Source: Naegleria gruberi (taxonomy: Eukaryota). Taken from it: a stretch of 64,000 bases of DNA. Under the pieces are notes generated by a model. It saw nothing but the letters and a program-made list of their open reading frames with translations, did not search any database and was not told where the DNA came from. Below, piece after piece: positions 43,146 through 57,195 of this stretch (its first letter is position 1; the number at the start of each line of letters is the position of its first letter). The DNA is taken from NCBI GenBank assembly GCA_000004985.1, contig GG738875.1, one strand, 5' to 3'. Position numbers and translations under genes: made by a program.

Positions 43146-46100
43146 TTAATTAATTTTCTCAATGATCGTGTCAGTGCTGTAACTTGCCAATTCTAAATTA
43201 CTTTCCTTATCTTTCATAGTTCTCTTCAATTTTCTAGATTTCATTTTCAATTTCTGATAATAATCAGGCCAAACCATATTCTTAAAACCTGTCAAGGCAA
43301 TATCAATTCCCAAACAAGTGACAGTACACAACAAGAGAATTAACCAGAATTTAGGAGATCTCATTGCCTCAAACCAAACACTTGTCATACTTGATTGAAT
43401 TATTGTGAAAATTACAACGAAAATAACAAATGACAAGATTGAAAATATCATTCCAGCATGATGAATAATTGTCAAATGCTCCATTTCAATATAACACTTG
43501 AGAGTAATGACAACAAACACGCAGGTATACAATAAGGCACACATTGCCCAAATTCCATCCGATTGACCATTTGTTAGTAATCCTGGCTCAGCTGCATAGG
43601 TACAGAAAAAGAAAATGATTGTTCCATGTAGGAATGCTCCAAATACCCATTTTGAAAAGGTATACCAATTGAAAATGTTATCAGTTTTCAATTTTCTATA
43701 AAGAATAGGTCCAGTTTCTGAATCTTCCAAATAACTTTCATCAATATCCTTTTCGAATAATCCAAAAACAATTGGGTTGACCAAAGTAAATACATAATTT
43801 TGAAATGTCAAGACCAATGATTCAATATTCAATTGTCCAGAGCACAAATTATAAAAGAAATAAATGGTCATCAAGCTAGACACTACATTACTCTTATAGA
43901 ATGAATATTGAATAAAGACAGCTGATCTCTTATATGAATATCTTCCATGAACTGCCAGTAATCGTTTCAACATGTGGAATTTAGGAATGGCATAGTCAGA
44001 CGATTGTTTTGCAAGAGTTCCTTCTTTTCCTATAATACCTACACCTACTTGAGATTTCAAAATCATTGGAACTGAAATAATTGTAATGTTGTTTTGTAAA
44101 ATTGTTGAAAAATGTGAAAAAACTTACCATCGTTGGCACCATCACCAATAGCGAGACAATTCTTTTTCAATTTGTGTCTTGCCAATTCGACAATTCTTGA
44201 TTTTTGCTTTGGAGTTGATCTGAAACAAATGACAGTTTTGCATTTTTGTAATAATTTGACAAGTAATGAAACAGTGTCAGGTTTTTCACATATATGTAAG
44301 AAATGGCCTTCTACTGCGAGTTCTACATTATCCCTTGATTCAGTTTCTTGTAAAATTTCGGAAAGTTTCGAATGAATATTTTCCTCTTTAACACTGGAAG
44401 AATCTAAAAGTATTAAATCAGATTCCTTTTCGATGAGTTTTGAACATCTTGCAATGTGTAAAGCAGATTCTTTGGCATCTCCTGTCAACATCCAAATCTT
44501 TAAACCAGCTTCTGTGAAAAATTTGACAGTTTCTGGAACCAATTGTTGTAAACTATTAAAAATATTACAAAAAATTGTAAACGTGCATTACTTACACATC
44601 TTCAATACCAGTTACTCCACAAGGTAATAAACCAACTTCCATTTCCTTTTCCAATCTTTGAGACAATTCCAATTGTTCATCATGATTCAAACTCTTTGTT
44701 TTCAAAGCATGATAATCTTCCATCCACTGTTTCAATTGATCATTTCCCACAAATTTAAAAGCAAACACCAAGGATCTTAAACCATCTTTAGAAAATTCCA
44801 TAACTCTATCTTCCATTAATTGTCTATTTTCCTTGGCTGATTCTTCCATGAAAGGATAAACGAAAGAATCTGCTCCCTTAGTAAGACACAACACAATGTC
44901 ACTTTCACCATTCGAATTGTGAATGGTTGAAGTGGCTGATTGAATGATGGGATAGTCGTTGAGGAAATCTTTTGGAATTTTGAAGAGAACTGACATTCTC
45001 TTTCTCTCTGGTGTAAATTCCAATTCTGCCAATCTTTCGAATGTGTATTCCTTTTCGAATAGGGAGAGAATTGTCTTTTTGTCTGAGAAATACTTGAGAA
45101 TGAAACCGTAATTGGAAATTCCTTGAACCAGAGCTACTTCATCTGATGATTCTCCATCATAGGTTTCCCTTTCTTTCGACTTTCGAATAGTTACATTGTG
45201 ACACAGTGAAATGTTCAACATGAGCATTAATTTAGTCAGGGAATCTCTCGATTGTTGGCCATTTCTAATCGATTCCTCAATACTTGAATCACAATTAAAC
45301 GAAGAATGTCCAACAGCCCAAATCTTTTTCAATTTCATTTCATTTTCAGTCAATGTTCCAGTCTTGTCTGTCAAAATCAATTCAATTCTTGCCAAATCAG
45401 AATGCAAATCACTCGAAATTGCAGCAGACGAAACAAATTTCTCCTCTCCAGTATGAACATCCATCATTCTATGAACTAGCTCATTATCTGCTGAAATGAA
45501 CCTCGCTTGAATAATCTTTAAAAATTCCAAAACAACAAACAATGAAGCAGGCACGTAAACATTCAAAGCTGCAATATAAACTAAAATCGAGTGAACCACC
45601 CATAATCCATCAGAAATTCCCATTGGTTTCAATTTACCCAAATAGGCAACATTTTTCGAATAAGTAAATTCATAGTATGCATTCAATATTACTAAAATGG
45701 AAATAATGACTGTCATGAAAATGAAAAGGACAACAGTAAAGAAATTTCCCATCAAATTAACGTGAGAAAATTTGACTTTTGGATTTGGAACATTTCTTGC
45801 AACTTTTGTATCTTTTCCTGCATAGATTACAATTCCATAAATATGTGGAGATTTGAGTTTTGCTCCTTTTAGTAGTAAATTTTGATGATTAATACCAAAT
45901 TCATTATTTTCACCTTCTAAACAAACACTTCCTTTGAATTTGTAAAGATTGTGATCTGGCATTTGACATTTAATCCATCCTTTCAAATCTTTTAACATGT
46001 CAATATTATTAAATTTAGATAAACTATGAGGAGAATATCTACTTTTCAATGCAGATTCACCATCCAAATTAGCTGTTTCAATATTACAACTTCCATCCTC

Positions 46101-46745
46101 AAAATTAGACGAAACTAACAGCAAATCAGCTGGAAATTCTTCATCTTCCTCAATTTTCACCAAATCTCCAACTTTAACATGTTTCGTATAAATTTCTACA
46201 AAGTCCAAATATTGAGTAATTGAATTCCCATCCTGTTTAAGAGATCTACTCTTCAGAACGAGAACTTTCTTGTGATTTACTTTTCGATCTTTGAGATAAC
46301 GAAAGAAATCTTCACCTCCCTCTCTTACAATATTTACAACAAGGATGATGATGATTGGGATTTGTGCTAGGATTGGACTTGAAGGCCAAACTCCTGGAAT
46401 CCAAGCAATGATGGCGATGAAAAGAAAATAAAGGTTTCCGATTTTTTTCATTTGTTGAAATAAGTTTAGGATTAGAAAATTCCACCAAGTATACTATCGG
46501 AAAGGTCAGTTTCAGAATGTTTCATCAGATGAGTTGAAATTTAAAGATAAACTCCGATTCGCTCGCGAGTAGATGAAACATACCTTTGTAGTACTCAAAT
46601 AATTCGTAGACGAAAATTGACGAAACGGAAGGAAACCCCACTTTTTAATTCTTCTCTTCTTATTGGTTTGCCAATCATTGATCGATACAACATAGGGATA
46701 ATTATCTTGTTGCTGGTGATCAAAACTAATGGGTTTCTCTTGCAT
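43146..46745 (-). CDS. P4-type ATPase (phospholipid flippase); 4 exons join(43146..44071,44128..44552,44596..46493,46584..46745), introns 56, 43 and 90 nt
   Basis: Hand splicing restores family motifs across the exon joins: N.I.TTKYT..NFL..NLFQQ..IGNLYFL; the DKTGT phosphorylation site; [59 protein letters not shown]. Confidence 0.7.
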
Positions 46746-47470
46746 TTTTTTATCTGAAAGGTTTCACCTGAAGTTGACAGTGTAGAAACTTCCAACTGGT
46801 TAAAAGCTGTTCATATAAGAGATGTTTCCTTATAAATCAAATTATTGTCAAATCGTACGTAATCCGACTTTCGTCTCTGTTATTGGAAAGTAAATGAGTT
46901 TTTGTAATTGACATTCGTTTACAGTTATTGGAAACTTACTTTACACAAAATAGTTATCCAGTTTAATGCCAGGCATTCATATCTAACTCCCACCATTTAC
47001 TAACTATCCAATTCAAAGTTTAAATGATTTTAAATAAAAAATAAATTAATTAAAAATGTAATTGTACAATTTTTATATTTACAGTTCAATTCTTTGTAAA
47101 TAGAGATTCATCTTAGTAAGCCATTTAGTTGACCTATTCTTTCCACTGTTCGTCAAATTTCCGAACCAAATAAGGACTCCTAACCAAATGCATCTCATCA
47201 ATATTCAAAAAAATTCAAAAAAATTCAAATCTTTCGCGAATCACACAACAAACATTCTGATTCAGATCGGCTTGCCTCCTCTCTGCGTATCTGTAGTGTT
47301 GTTCTTCAAGCTTCTTTTTGTTTTTGGTGTAAATTGATTCCGAGAATTTTTGTGTGAGAATACAACACGAGAATATTTTGTTATTGCTCTTGTTTATTGT
47401 GTTCCTTTTTATTGTTAAAGTTGTAGTGGTAGTAGAGTAGTAGAATATATAGAGGGTATTGTTATTGAGA

Positions 47471-48410
47471 ATGTCGGATTGTGATTTTTTGTATAAAGGT
47501 AGGAAGAAGTAATTTTAGAAATATTAATATTTAATAATTATTTGATGATTGTGATGATGAATGTATAATGATGAAATAATATTTGATGATGATAATTTTA
47601 ATAATGTGTGGTGGTGAATGATGAATAGTGGTTGTATTGGGTGATTCGGGTGTTGGAAAATCGAATTTAATTATCAGATTTACAAAGAATATTTTCAATA
47701 CACAACCAAAACCAACGATAGGTGTAGAATTTGCATCAAAATCAATCTCGTATGATGGTGCTACGATCAAGGGACAAATATGGGACACGTATGTTGTTGA
47801 TAATTTATATGAATTTAGTTGAATTTACAAAATATTAATAATTTAATAATGATTGAATATATGTGTTTATTATCATGATTCAAGTGCTGGACAAGAGAGA
47901 TTTCATGCTGTATCTGTTCAGTATCATCGTGGAGCTCATGGAGCATTGATGGTTTATGATATTACCAATAAGGAATCATTTGAACATTTGGAAAAGTGGT
48001 TTAATGAAATTAGTAAACAAGGAGAGGAAGGATGTATCTATATTGTAATCGGAAATAAGTGTGACTTGGCAGGTCAGAGACAAGTCACTGAAGAGGAAGG
48101 TAAAATTTTTGCAGAAAAGAGAAATCTACTATTTATGGAAACATCAGCATTGGACTCGACAAATGTGGAGGAAGCATTCTCAGTGCTGTTGAAGAATATT
48201 TATCATACTAGAAAGCAAGCCAAACGAAATATTGAGGATGATGATATTTCAGAACCTATTCGAGTACCACTCCCATCTCAACCATCCATATCTCAGGATG
48301 ATTTGGGATCGAGTTATAAAGTCAGTTTGGATGTGTCACATCAACATCGTGCGCAGATGACAGCTACACATCAAACAACTAGAACCAATAATTCAACATG
48401 TTGTAAATAA
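47471..48410 (+). CDS. Rab11-family small GTPase; 3 exons join(47471..47498,47629..47788,47885..48410), introns 130 and 96 nt
   Basis: Spliced protein reads [31 protein letters not shown]...TIGVEFA...IWDTAGQERF...GNKCDL...ETSALDS. It ends NNSTCCK, a CCX prenylation motif. Confidence 0.7.
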
Positions 48411-48561
48411 TTTTTTTAATTTATGAAATCAAAATAGATATTTAAGGAAAATAAATATCAATTGTACAATCCCAAAAGAATTTGCCATGGTTGAAAATAT
48501 ATATTATTTGAATTAGTTGATTGAACAAATGACCTAATTTGTACTTTGGAAAAGAGATTTA

Positions 48562-51500
48562 TTAACACCAAATCATTTGAACGAGCAAGATGACAATGCA
48601 ATAGAATGAAAGATGGGTTGCATTTGCAGATGCTAACTTGAAACTTCCCTGAGGAGTGGTAATGTTTGAATTTTGAACCTTTACAGATTGACTTGGTTTT
48701 GGGCCAGGTTTTGGAGAAGGTTTAGGAGAAGGACTTGAAGATTGTTGAGGAATTGGAGAAGGTTTAGGGGAAGGTTGTGGAGAAGGAACAGGTACCATTG
48801 AAGAACAGTTGAGTCCTGTGAAACCTGCAAAACAAGTGCAAGTATCTGGTTTGGAACAATTTCCATGTCCAGAACAAACCAAGCTGTCACTTTCAGTCTT
48901 ACCGTAACAAACAACTTGTTCACACTCTTTACCTGTATAACCAACATTACAAGTGCATTGATCATGGCCACTACAGCTTCCTCTTCCACCACATACAGAA
49001 ATAGAGTTTGAGGGTATACTAAAGCAGGTAGTCAATGAACAATCTACACCAAACCAATTTTCAGGGCAAGAAACTGATTTATGCTCACAGTTACTGCCAT
49101 AATAACCATCTTTACATGTACAATTATTAAATGAAGAACAAGTTCCATTACCTGAGCATACATTTGAGTTAACTTTTGATATACCATAACAATCATACAT
49201 TTCACAATTGGATCCATAATATCCAATTTCACAAGTACAATTGTTTGGAGAAGCACATTTTCCTTTTCCAGAACAAACAGTATTATTCATAAAATGTACT
49301 CCATAACAATTAAATTGATTGCAACTGCTTCCAAAATATTCATCAATGCAAGAACAGTTATTTGGAGATGGACACGATCCATGTGATGAACATACATTAG
49401 TGTCTGTTTTTGATACTCCATAACAATTGAAATTTTCACAATTATTACCAAAATAATCTTGTTGACAGGTGCAATTATTCAAAGAAGAGCAAACACCATT
49501 ACCTGAACACACATTAGAGTTGGATTTTGCAAAACCATTACAATCATACATTTCACAATTGCTGCCATAGTAACCTTGTTGACAGGTGCAGTTATTGGAT
49601 GAAACACAAGTTCCATGACTTGAACAAACACTTGAATTCAATTTAGAAATATTATCACAATCATATATTTCACAATTACTGCCATAGTAACCTTGTTGGC
49701 AAGTACAATTATTGAATGAAGAACAAACTCCATGAGCTGAGCATACATTTGAGTTAACTTTTGATATACCATAACAATCATACATTTCACAATTGGATCC
49801 ATAATATCCAATTTCACATGTACAATTATTTGGAGAAGCACATTTTCCTTTTCCAGAACACACAGAAGCATTACTAAACTTAACATTGAAACACTTGAAA
49901 TCTTCACAATTAATTCCAAAATATTCATCAATGCAAGAACAGTTATTTGGAGATAGACATGATCCATGTGATGAACATACATTAGTGTCTGTTTTTGATA
50001 CTCCATAACAATTGAAAATTTCACAATTATTACCATAATAATCTTGTTGACAGGTGCAATTATCGAATGAAGTGCAAACACCATGACCTGAACATGTATT
50101 TGAGTTGTTTTTGGATAAGCCATAACAATTATACATTTCACAATTGGATCCATAATAACCAATTTCACAAGTGCAATTATTTGGAGAAGCACATTTTCCT
50201 TTTCCAGAACACACAGAAGCATTACTAAACTTAACATTGAAACACTTGAACTCTTCACAATCATTACCAAAATAGCCTTCAAAACAAGAGCAATTATTTG
50301 GAGAGTTGCAAGTACCATGAGAAGAACACACCATTGTGTTTTTAGAACTAATACCGTTACAGACCACGTCTTGACAATACGAACCAGAGTATCCAGCATT
50401 ACAAGTGCAGTTATTCATACCAACACAAGCTCCTACCGATGAACATACTGTGCTAGAGTTGAAAGGAATAGAGTTACAATAAAAGTATTGACAAGTTTCA
50501 CCATAATAACCACTTGCACAAGAACAATTATTTGGAGATGCACAACTTCCATGGGATGAGCAAACGTTTGATTGATTATTCAATAAACCATAGCAATAAA
50601 ACTCCCCACAATTTGGACCAAAGTAATTGGTAGAGCACCAAGGAGTTAGGGTTCTAATCAGATTCATATCATTAATATAAATTTCACCAGTTGAACTAAT
50701 GGCAACTCCAGTAGGATTAATTAATCTAACACTTGTTGCAAAACCATCACTAATGAAATTAGTGGATCCTATAATTCCATTTCCTGCAATCGTTGAAATA
50801 ATACCAGTTGTTGTTATTCTACGAATTACATAATTGGAAGTATCAGCAATATAAACTTCTCCACTTGAACTAATGGCAATTCCATTTGGATAATTTAATT
50901 GAGCACTTGTTGCCAAACCACCATCACCACTATATCCAGAAAGTCCAGTTCCTGCAATTGTGGTGATATTTCCATCTGTTGTGATTTTACGAATTCTATT
51001 GTTAATTCTATCAGCAATATAAACTTCTCCACTTGAACTAATGGCAATTCCAGTAGGACTATTTAAATGAGCACTTGTTGCCAAACCACCATCGCCACCA
51101 TATGCTGCAAGTCCAGTTCCTGCAATTGTTGAAATAATACCACCTGTTGAGATTTTACGAATTCTATGATTGTTGGTGTCAGCAATATAAATTTCACCAT
51201 TTGCAGAAAACTCAAAAGTAGTAGCAGAAATATAAGCTGCAGTTGCAGCTATTCCGTCGCCTATACCACCAACTACAGTAAAAATGTTTCCTGATGTAAT
51301 TTTACGAATTCTATGATTGTTACTATCGGCAATATAAATATCACTAGTTGAGCTAATGGCAACTCCAGTAGGAAAATATATCTTGGCACTTGTTGCCAAA
51401 CCACCATCGCCACCATATGTAACAACTCCAGTTCCTGCAACGGTTGAAATAATACCAGATGTAGTAATTTTACGAATTCTATGATTGGCTCTATCGGCAA

Positions 51501-53372
51501 CATAAATTTCACCAGTTGAACTAATGGCAACTCCAGAGGGAGTGTTTAACTTGGCACTTGTTGCCAAGCCACCATCACCACTATATCCATTAGTTCCAGT
51601 TCCTGCAATTGTTGAAATAATACCAGCTGTGGAAATTTTACGAATTCTATGATTACCATAATCAGCAATATAAATTTCGCCAGTGGAACCAATGGCAATT
51701 CCAGTAGGAACGCTTAGTTTTGCACTTGTTGCCAAGCCACCATCACCACTATATCCATAAGTTCCAGTTCCTGCAATTGTTGAAATAATACCAGATGTTG
51801 TTACTTTACGAATCACATTATTGTTAGTATCAACAATATACATCTCACCAGTTGAACTAATTGCAATTCCAGAGGGAGTGTTTAATTGAGAACTGGTTGC
51901 CAAACCACCGTCACCATTATAACCAGAAAAAGTATTACCGTTTCCTGCAATTCTAGTAGTAAAAGATGTTACCATGTCTAGGTAATTATTACTATAAAGC
52001 ACATATAATACATTGTTGTAATATTTGGCAAATGTTGGGTTGTTGAATGATTGTACAACAGTTGTAGTACCAATTACGCCAGCAATAGTAGAAAGTGTTT
52101 TGGTGGAAAGGTCTATTTGTCTTACTTGATTAGTAGAATCCGCGAAAACAAGATATCCATTACTAAGGGTAGGGGAATTCATTGGTGAAATTATAGCCTT
52201 GGAAGCAGGAATATTATTACCAAAAGAAGATGTTCCAGCAAAAGTTGAAATAATACCAGATGTTGTCACTTTACGAATTCTACTATTGTCAGTATCAACA
52301 ATATATACTTCATCACTTGAACTGATTGCAATTCCATATGGATTGCTTAATTGAGCACTTGTTGCCAAACCACCATCACCATTGTATCCATCTCCATTCC
52401 TGCAAAAGTTGAAATAATACCAGATGTTGTCACTTTACGAATCACATTATTGTAAGTATCAGCAATATAAATTTCATCACTTGAACTGATTGCAATTCCA
52501 TACGGATTGTATAATTGAGCACTTGTTGCCAAATCCCATCACCATCATATCCTGCATTTCCAGTTCCTGCAAAAGTTGAAATAATACCAGATGTTGTCAC
52601 TTTACGAATTATATTATTGTTAGTATCAGCAATATACATTTCACCACTTGAACTGATTGCAATTCCATAAGGATTATATAATGAAGCACTTGTTGCCAAA
52701 CCACCATCACCACATATCCTGCATTTCCATTCCTGCAACAGTTGAGATAATACCAGATGTTGTTACTTTACGAATTCTCTGATTGTAAGTGTCAGCAATA
52801 TAAATTTCATCACTTGAACTGATTGCAATTCCAAAAGGATGATCTAATGAAGCACTTGTTGCCAAACCATCATCACCATCATATCCTGCACTTCCAGTTC
52901 CTGCAAAAGTAGAAATAATACCAGATGTTGTTACTTTACGAATTACATTATTGTTAGTATCAGCAATATACATATCACCAATTGAACTGATTGCAATTCC
53001 ATAAGGACTATATAGTGAAGCACTTATTGCCAAACCACCATCACCTACATATCCAACATTACCATTTCCTGCAACAGTTGAAATGGTTGAAATATTTCCA
53101 TATGTTGTCACTTTACGAATTCTCTGATTACCAGTATCAACAATATAAATTTCACCACTTGGACTGATTGCAACTCCATAAGGACCATATAACGGAGCAC
53201 TTGCTGGTGCTAATCCATCACCAATTAAAGAACCACCACCTGCAATAGCGGTGATATTATAAAAGGGTTGGCTTTGTGCATGCGTGATAACAGCGAGAAA
53301 GCAGCAGAACACAAATGTACCTAGTAATGTTATTAATTTCATTTTTTTTGGCAAATAACAGCATTGTGTCAC
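48562..53372 (-). CDS. Giant secreted NHL-repeat / EGF-repeat surface protein with predicted GPI-anchor signal. The N-terminal 52347..53372 region is broken by 3-4 frameshifts relative to the intact 48562..52368 frame
   Basis: Signal peptide [24 protein letters not shown]. About 14 tandem NHL units of ~57 aa (..[27 protein letters not shown]..GDGGLATSA). About 20 tenascin-type EGF units ([18 protein letters not shown]). Pro/Ser/Lys stalk and a hydrophobic C-terminus. 1-nt indels against the repeat consensus sit near 52380-52420, 52530-52545 and 52712-52733. Confidence 0.55.
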
Positions 53373-54509
53373 GTCAGTCTTTTAAACTTTGGCTGTCAAG
53401 TTTAAATCCACGAGAACAAAATTTTTTTCCAAATTTGAAATGAAAGAGCTGCAATAGTATGCTACATATGACAAGATGGGTGCTAAGGCGTGTGGAAGAG
53501 TCCATAGCATAACTTTGATGAACATGGAGACTACAAACATTAGTATTACTACCTAATTATCATTGGCATCGGTGTTCAAGATGTTTGTTGTTATTCGGGT
53601 AAATGGTATGAGATTGTTATGAACATGTTATGAAGAAAAAGCACCACTACAGTTTAAGAATCGAGCACGGCAACACCTCTACGAATATTTTTTGTTGAAT
53701 TGAAAATACACTCTAACAGTTTGGTTAAGATCTAAGGCATTTTTTTCAAAATTGTTCTATAAATACAACAAGTTGCTTTTTGGAATGACCACATGATGTC
53801 ATTATATCCACTAAGGATTGAAACTCTAAAAGAACAGCACTCTCATAGAACAGATGACCAACACAAAAGGCAAACAGAAATAAATTGGAGTTATTGAATT
53901 TGGTGTGCCAAATACGACTTCTTAATATATCAGGTGGAAAACATTCTGAACTAACTTTGTGTGAGGATTTGCTGCTAAAAGGTTGAATTCCTTTCAAAGT
54001 AAACAATTCAAGTGGCAGAATTAAAAATCTGGCAGTTTACAAAATAATTCATGAATTGTAATTTTTATATTTAATAATCATTTAAGGAGTTCTAATAAAT
54101 TTAATTAGCAATTTGATATTGAAAATGATTGAAATTTAAATTATGGTGTTTCTTACACTTGATTATTGAGTATTTAAGTATTAGAAATAGGTATTGAATG
54201 TTGCGGTAAATCCAACACAAAGGACAAAATAACATGCATGATGTTGACATTATCATTGTTGGAATTTTGTTGATTTATTCGAAAATAATTTCCAATAAAT
54301 TTTGGATTCTTTTCTAAACTTTACTTTTTAGAGTGCTTGCCATAAATAAATTTCATTGTAAAGTGTGTAAAAAATTAATTATTTTCCAAAGTAAGCGAGC
54401 ATTGGCTGTAAACGGAGAAGGAGAAGGCGTTGGTGAAGTTATGTGACAGGTGGCGCATCCTGTCAATAATTTCAACTTGAAGAAAAAACCAAAAAACCAT
54501 TCAACGAAC

Positions 54510-56513
54510 ATGCAAAGAGTTGCGTTTTTACTCTTGCTAATTGCATTTTGTTTACAAGTGACAGCTTTGGATGACATTTTCACACAACAAGATATTGGAA
54601 ATTTCATAGATAAAAGTCAAGTGGAAGAAGTTTATGTTTACGAACGATTACACAGCAACTTGATAACCATCAGAAACAAACTTGACATTTGGCAGGTAAA
54701 TCAATCATTAACAAACAGCACCAACACTACAAATTACGGAGGTTGCAATCCCATTCTCTTCCAACTTGGTGACTTTAGCAGAGATGGACCAAACGTCATT
54801 TATTCGATATGCCCTGACACTTGGCTTTCGACAGCCGTCTCCATAACCTTCCTGACAGCTTACGTCATTCTTCTAATAGTAACTGGAATTGGATTATACA
54901 TCAAAAGACACTCCCCTCACATCAAGGCAAGAAACATCACCTACATGCTATTGACAATGATTGCAAATCTTGGATTTATTGCTGTGCATTGTTTGAGATT
55001 TATGATTGGAAGAAGAATTTTCCCTTGTTCGATATATGTCCTGTCGTTTTTCATTGTACCACCTGGAATTTTGTTACCGAGTGTGTTTAGATTGTGGAGA
55101 TTGTACTTGATGCATCGATTGAATTTACAAAAGACGAGTGAAGTTTCGTCTCAGAAAGAAAATAGTGCTGGAAATGAGACAAAGGCTACAATGCCAACAG
55201 TTCAAAGTACTAGCTCTGTTCCAGCTAAGGTTCTTTCTCCATCCACTCCCAATCTAGAAAAGGATTGTAAAAATCCTGAAACCACTGACAGTACTCAAGA
55301 TTCCTATTCTGATGATAATAATTCCTATTGGAATGACAATGAACTCGAATTGAAAAAGAATGCAAAAATCCAAATGATTCTCAACATTTTACTGAGCCAC
55401 AAATTCGTAATTGCCACCTATGTCATCTCTTTCGTATTTCACATTCTACTCTTCATCTTTTTTGGAAGTATCGAAGAGGGAATCAATAGCCAAGATCCTT
55501 CCAAACAGAGAGTCTTCATGGGGGAAGGAGGATTCTTTGTGTCCACTCGAGGATGTCTCATATCCAGCACTATAACCATCATTGTGGCCATCGAAGCATT
55601 ATTCTACGTTGTAATTGAAATTATCTTGTTGATTTTATGTGCAATTATTCCAAGAGATACGTGGTTTATTAAGAGAGAATCAATTGCTTCGACGATTTTG
55701 ATATTTTTTGCAATTATTTTGTTTGCAATTTGTGGATTTATTCCACAAATTTCCAAGTTGACTGATTTTTTGATACCATATGGATTTATTGTAATGGGAT
55801 ATTCGTTTGTGGAAGTTATAATGTGTGTATTGTGTCCGATTTTGTATTCGAATGGTTTGAGAAGGGAACATTTGGCAGAATCTGAATTGAAACAATTTTT
55901 GAGGAATAAGAAAACTTTTAACATTTTGTTGGATTTTGCCAGAAGAAGGTAAGTTTATTATTCTTTCGAATAACTTTCTAATACTTTCTCTTGAAATAGT
56001 TACTGTCCTGAATCAGTAATGTGTTACGATGACATTGAAAGATTCAAATTGACAAATAAGAGAAATAGAAAACGAGCAGCTCTTCACATTATCAAAACTT
56101 ATCTGAAACCTCATGCTCCTCTAGAATTGAATTTCCAAAAATCAGCTCAAACCTACGAACAACTCATTCAATTATTAGAAACCTCGCCAACCATAGACAC
56201 AACCTTTTTCGATTCAATTCAATGGCATTGTGTAGAGGACATGACAGATGTATTCGAAAGGTTGAAAAATCAATCAAAGAAAACGAGGGATATTTTACAA
56301 CAGTGGAGAGAGGAAGCAGGAATTGATCAAGTTGGAAATGTGAATAATCAACAACAAGAATTGAAAAATACTATGAAATTGATTGATTCCATGTCAAGTG
56401 TGCCATCAACACCATCTGTTGTTACATCTGAAGCGTCGAATGGCGTGGCCATGGATTCAACAAATTCTGTAACATTGGAAAAAGAAGTGAAATCACCAGA
56501 GAGTAATTTGTAA
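54510..56513 (+). CDS. Seven-transmembrane protein with C-terminal RGS (regulator of G-protein signalling) domain; join(54510..55948,56000..56513), intron 51 nt (GTAAGT..AG)
   Basis: Signal peptide, glycosylated N-terminal ectodomain, seven predicted TM helices. After the splice the C-terminus reads an RGS box: LLDFARRSYCPESVMCYDDIERFKLTNKRNRKRAALHIIKTYLKPHAPLELNF...FFDSIQWHCVEDMTDVFERL. Confidence 0.6.
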
Positions 56514-57195
56514 TTTCATTTTCAGCTCAGAACTCAGTTCTCAAAGCAAAATACCATAGTGATGAAAATAAATGATGGAATGATGAAAAATATTCAAAGT
56601 TTATTTAAACTTGTGATTCACCATTATTTTCATCGTCACCAACAACAACAGCAACACATTCACCACACAACTTGTTCTTGTTGAGTAGCTCTTGTGTGGA
56701 AATTGTTTGTTCTTCAACAACGTTCTACTTCCTTTGGTTGTTCTGTCATTTCAACAACAACAACTTGTTGATTAGTAGTGGCAGCAACCTTTTCTTCTGG
56801 TTTCAGATGTGGCCGTAAGGATTTCTGGCTGGGGTATTCCAGGAAGGAGTTTCTTAAAAAAATCTTTCCTGGAAAATCCAGTAAGCAAAATAAAAATGGA
56901 AGCAATACTTCCTTAATAGTTTTGAGTCCTAAGCCAATTGCACAGTTTTGAGCCTCAAAGACATCGAAAGAATATTCATAGTAAACTCAACAAAGATGTA
57001 TCTTGCATTCATAAAAAATATCAATTTTATGAGTAGCTTATTTTCGGAGTGGTTCTTCATCTTCCCACTCCAAGAATTGAACCTCATCATCTATACATCA
57101 TCAATATAATAGTAATAATAGTAGTTTTATGTGGAAGTTTATCGTTATGGAATTAGATAGTAATTTTGATATTGGAAAAATTCAAGTTGGTGAAT

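Noticed and set aside
49638-51530. Multiple 70-250-aa ORFs on both strands inside the NHL/EGF gene
   Set aside because: They are alternative-frame or antisense readings of a highly repetitive coding region. They show compositional artefacts (Val/Met/Leu-rich) and have no independent start or stop context.
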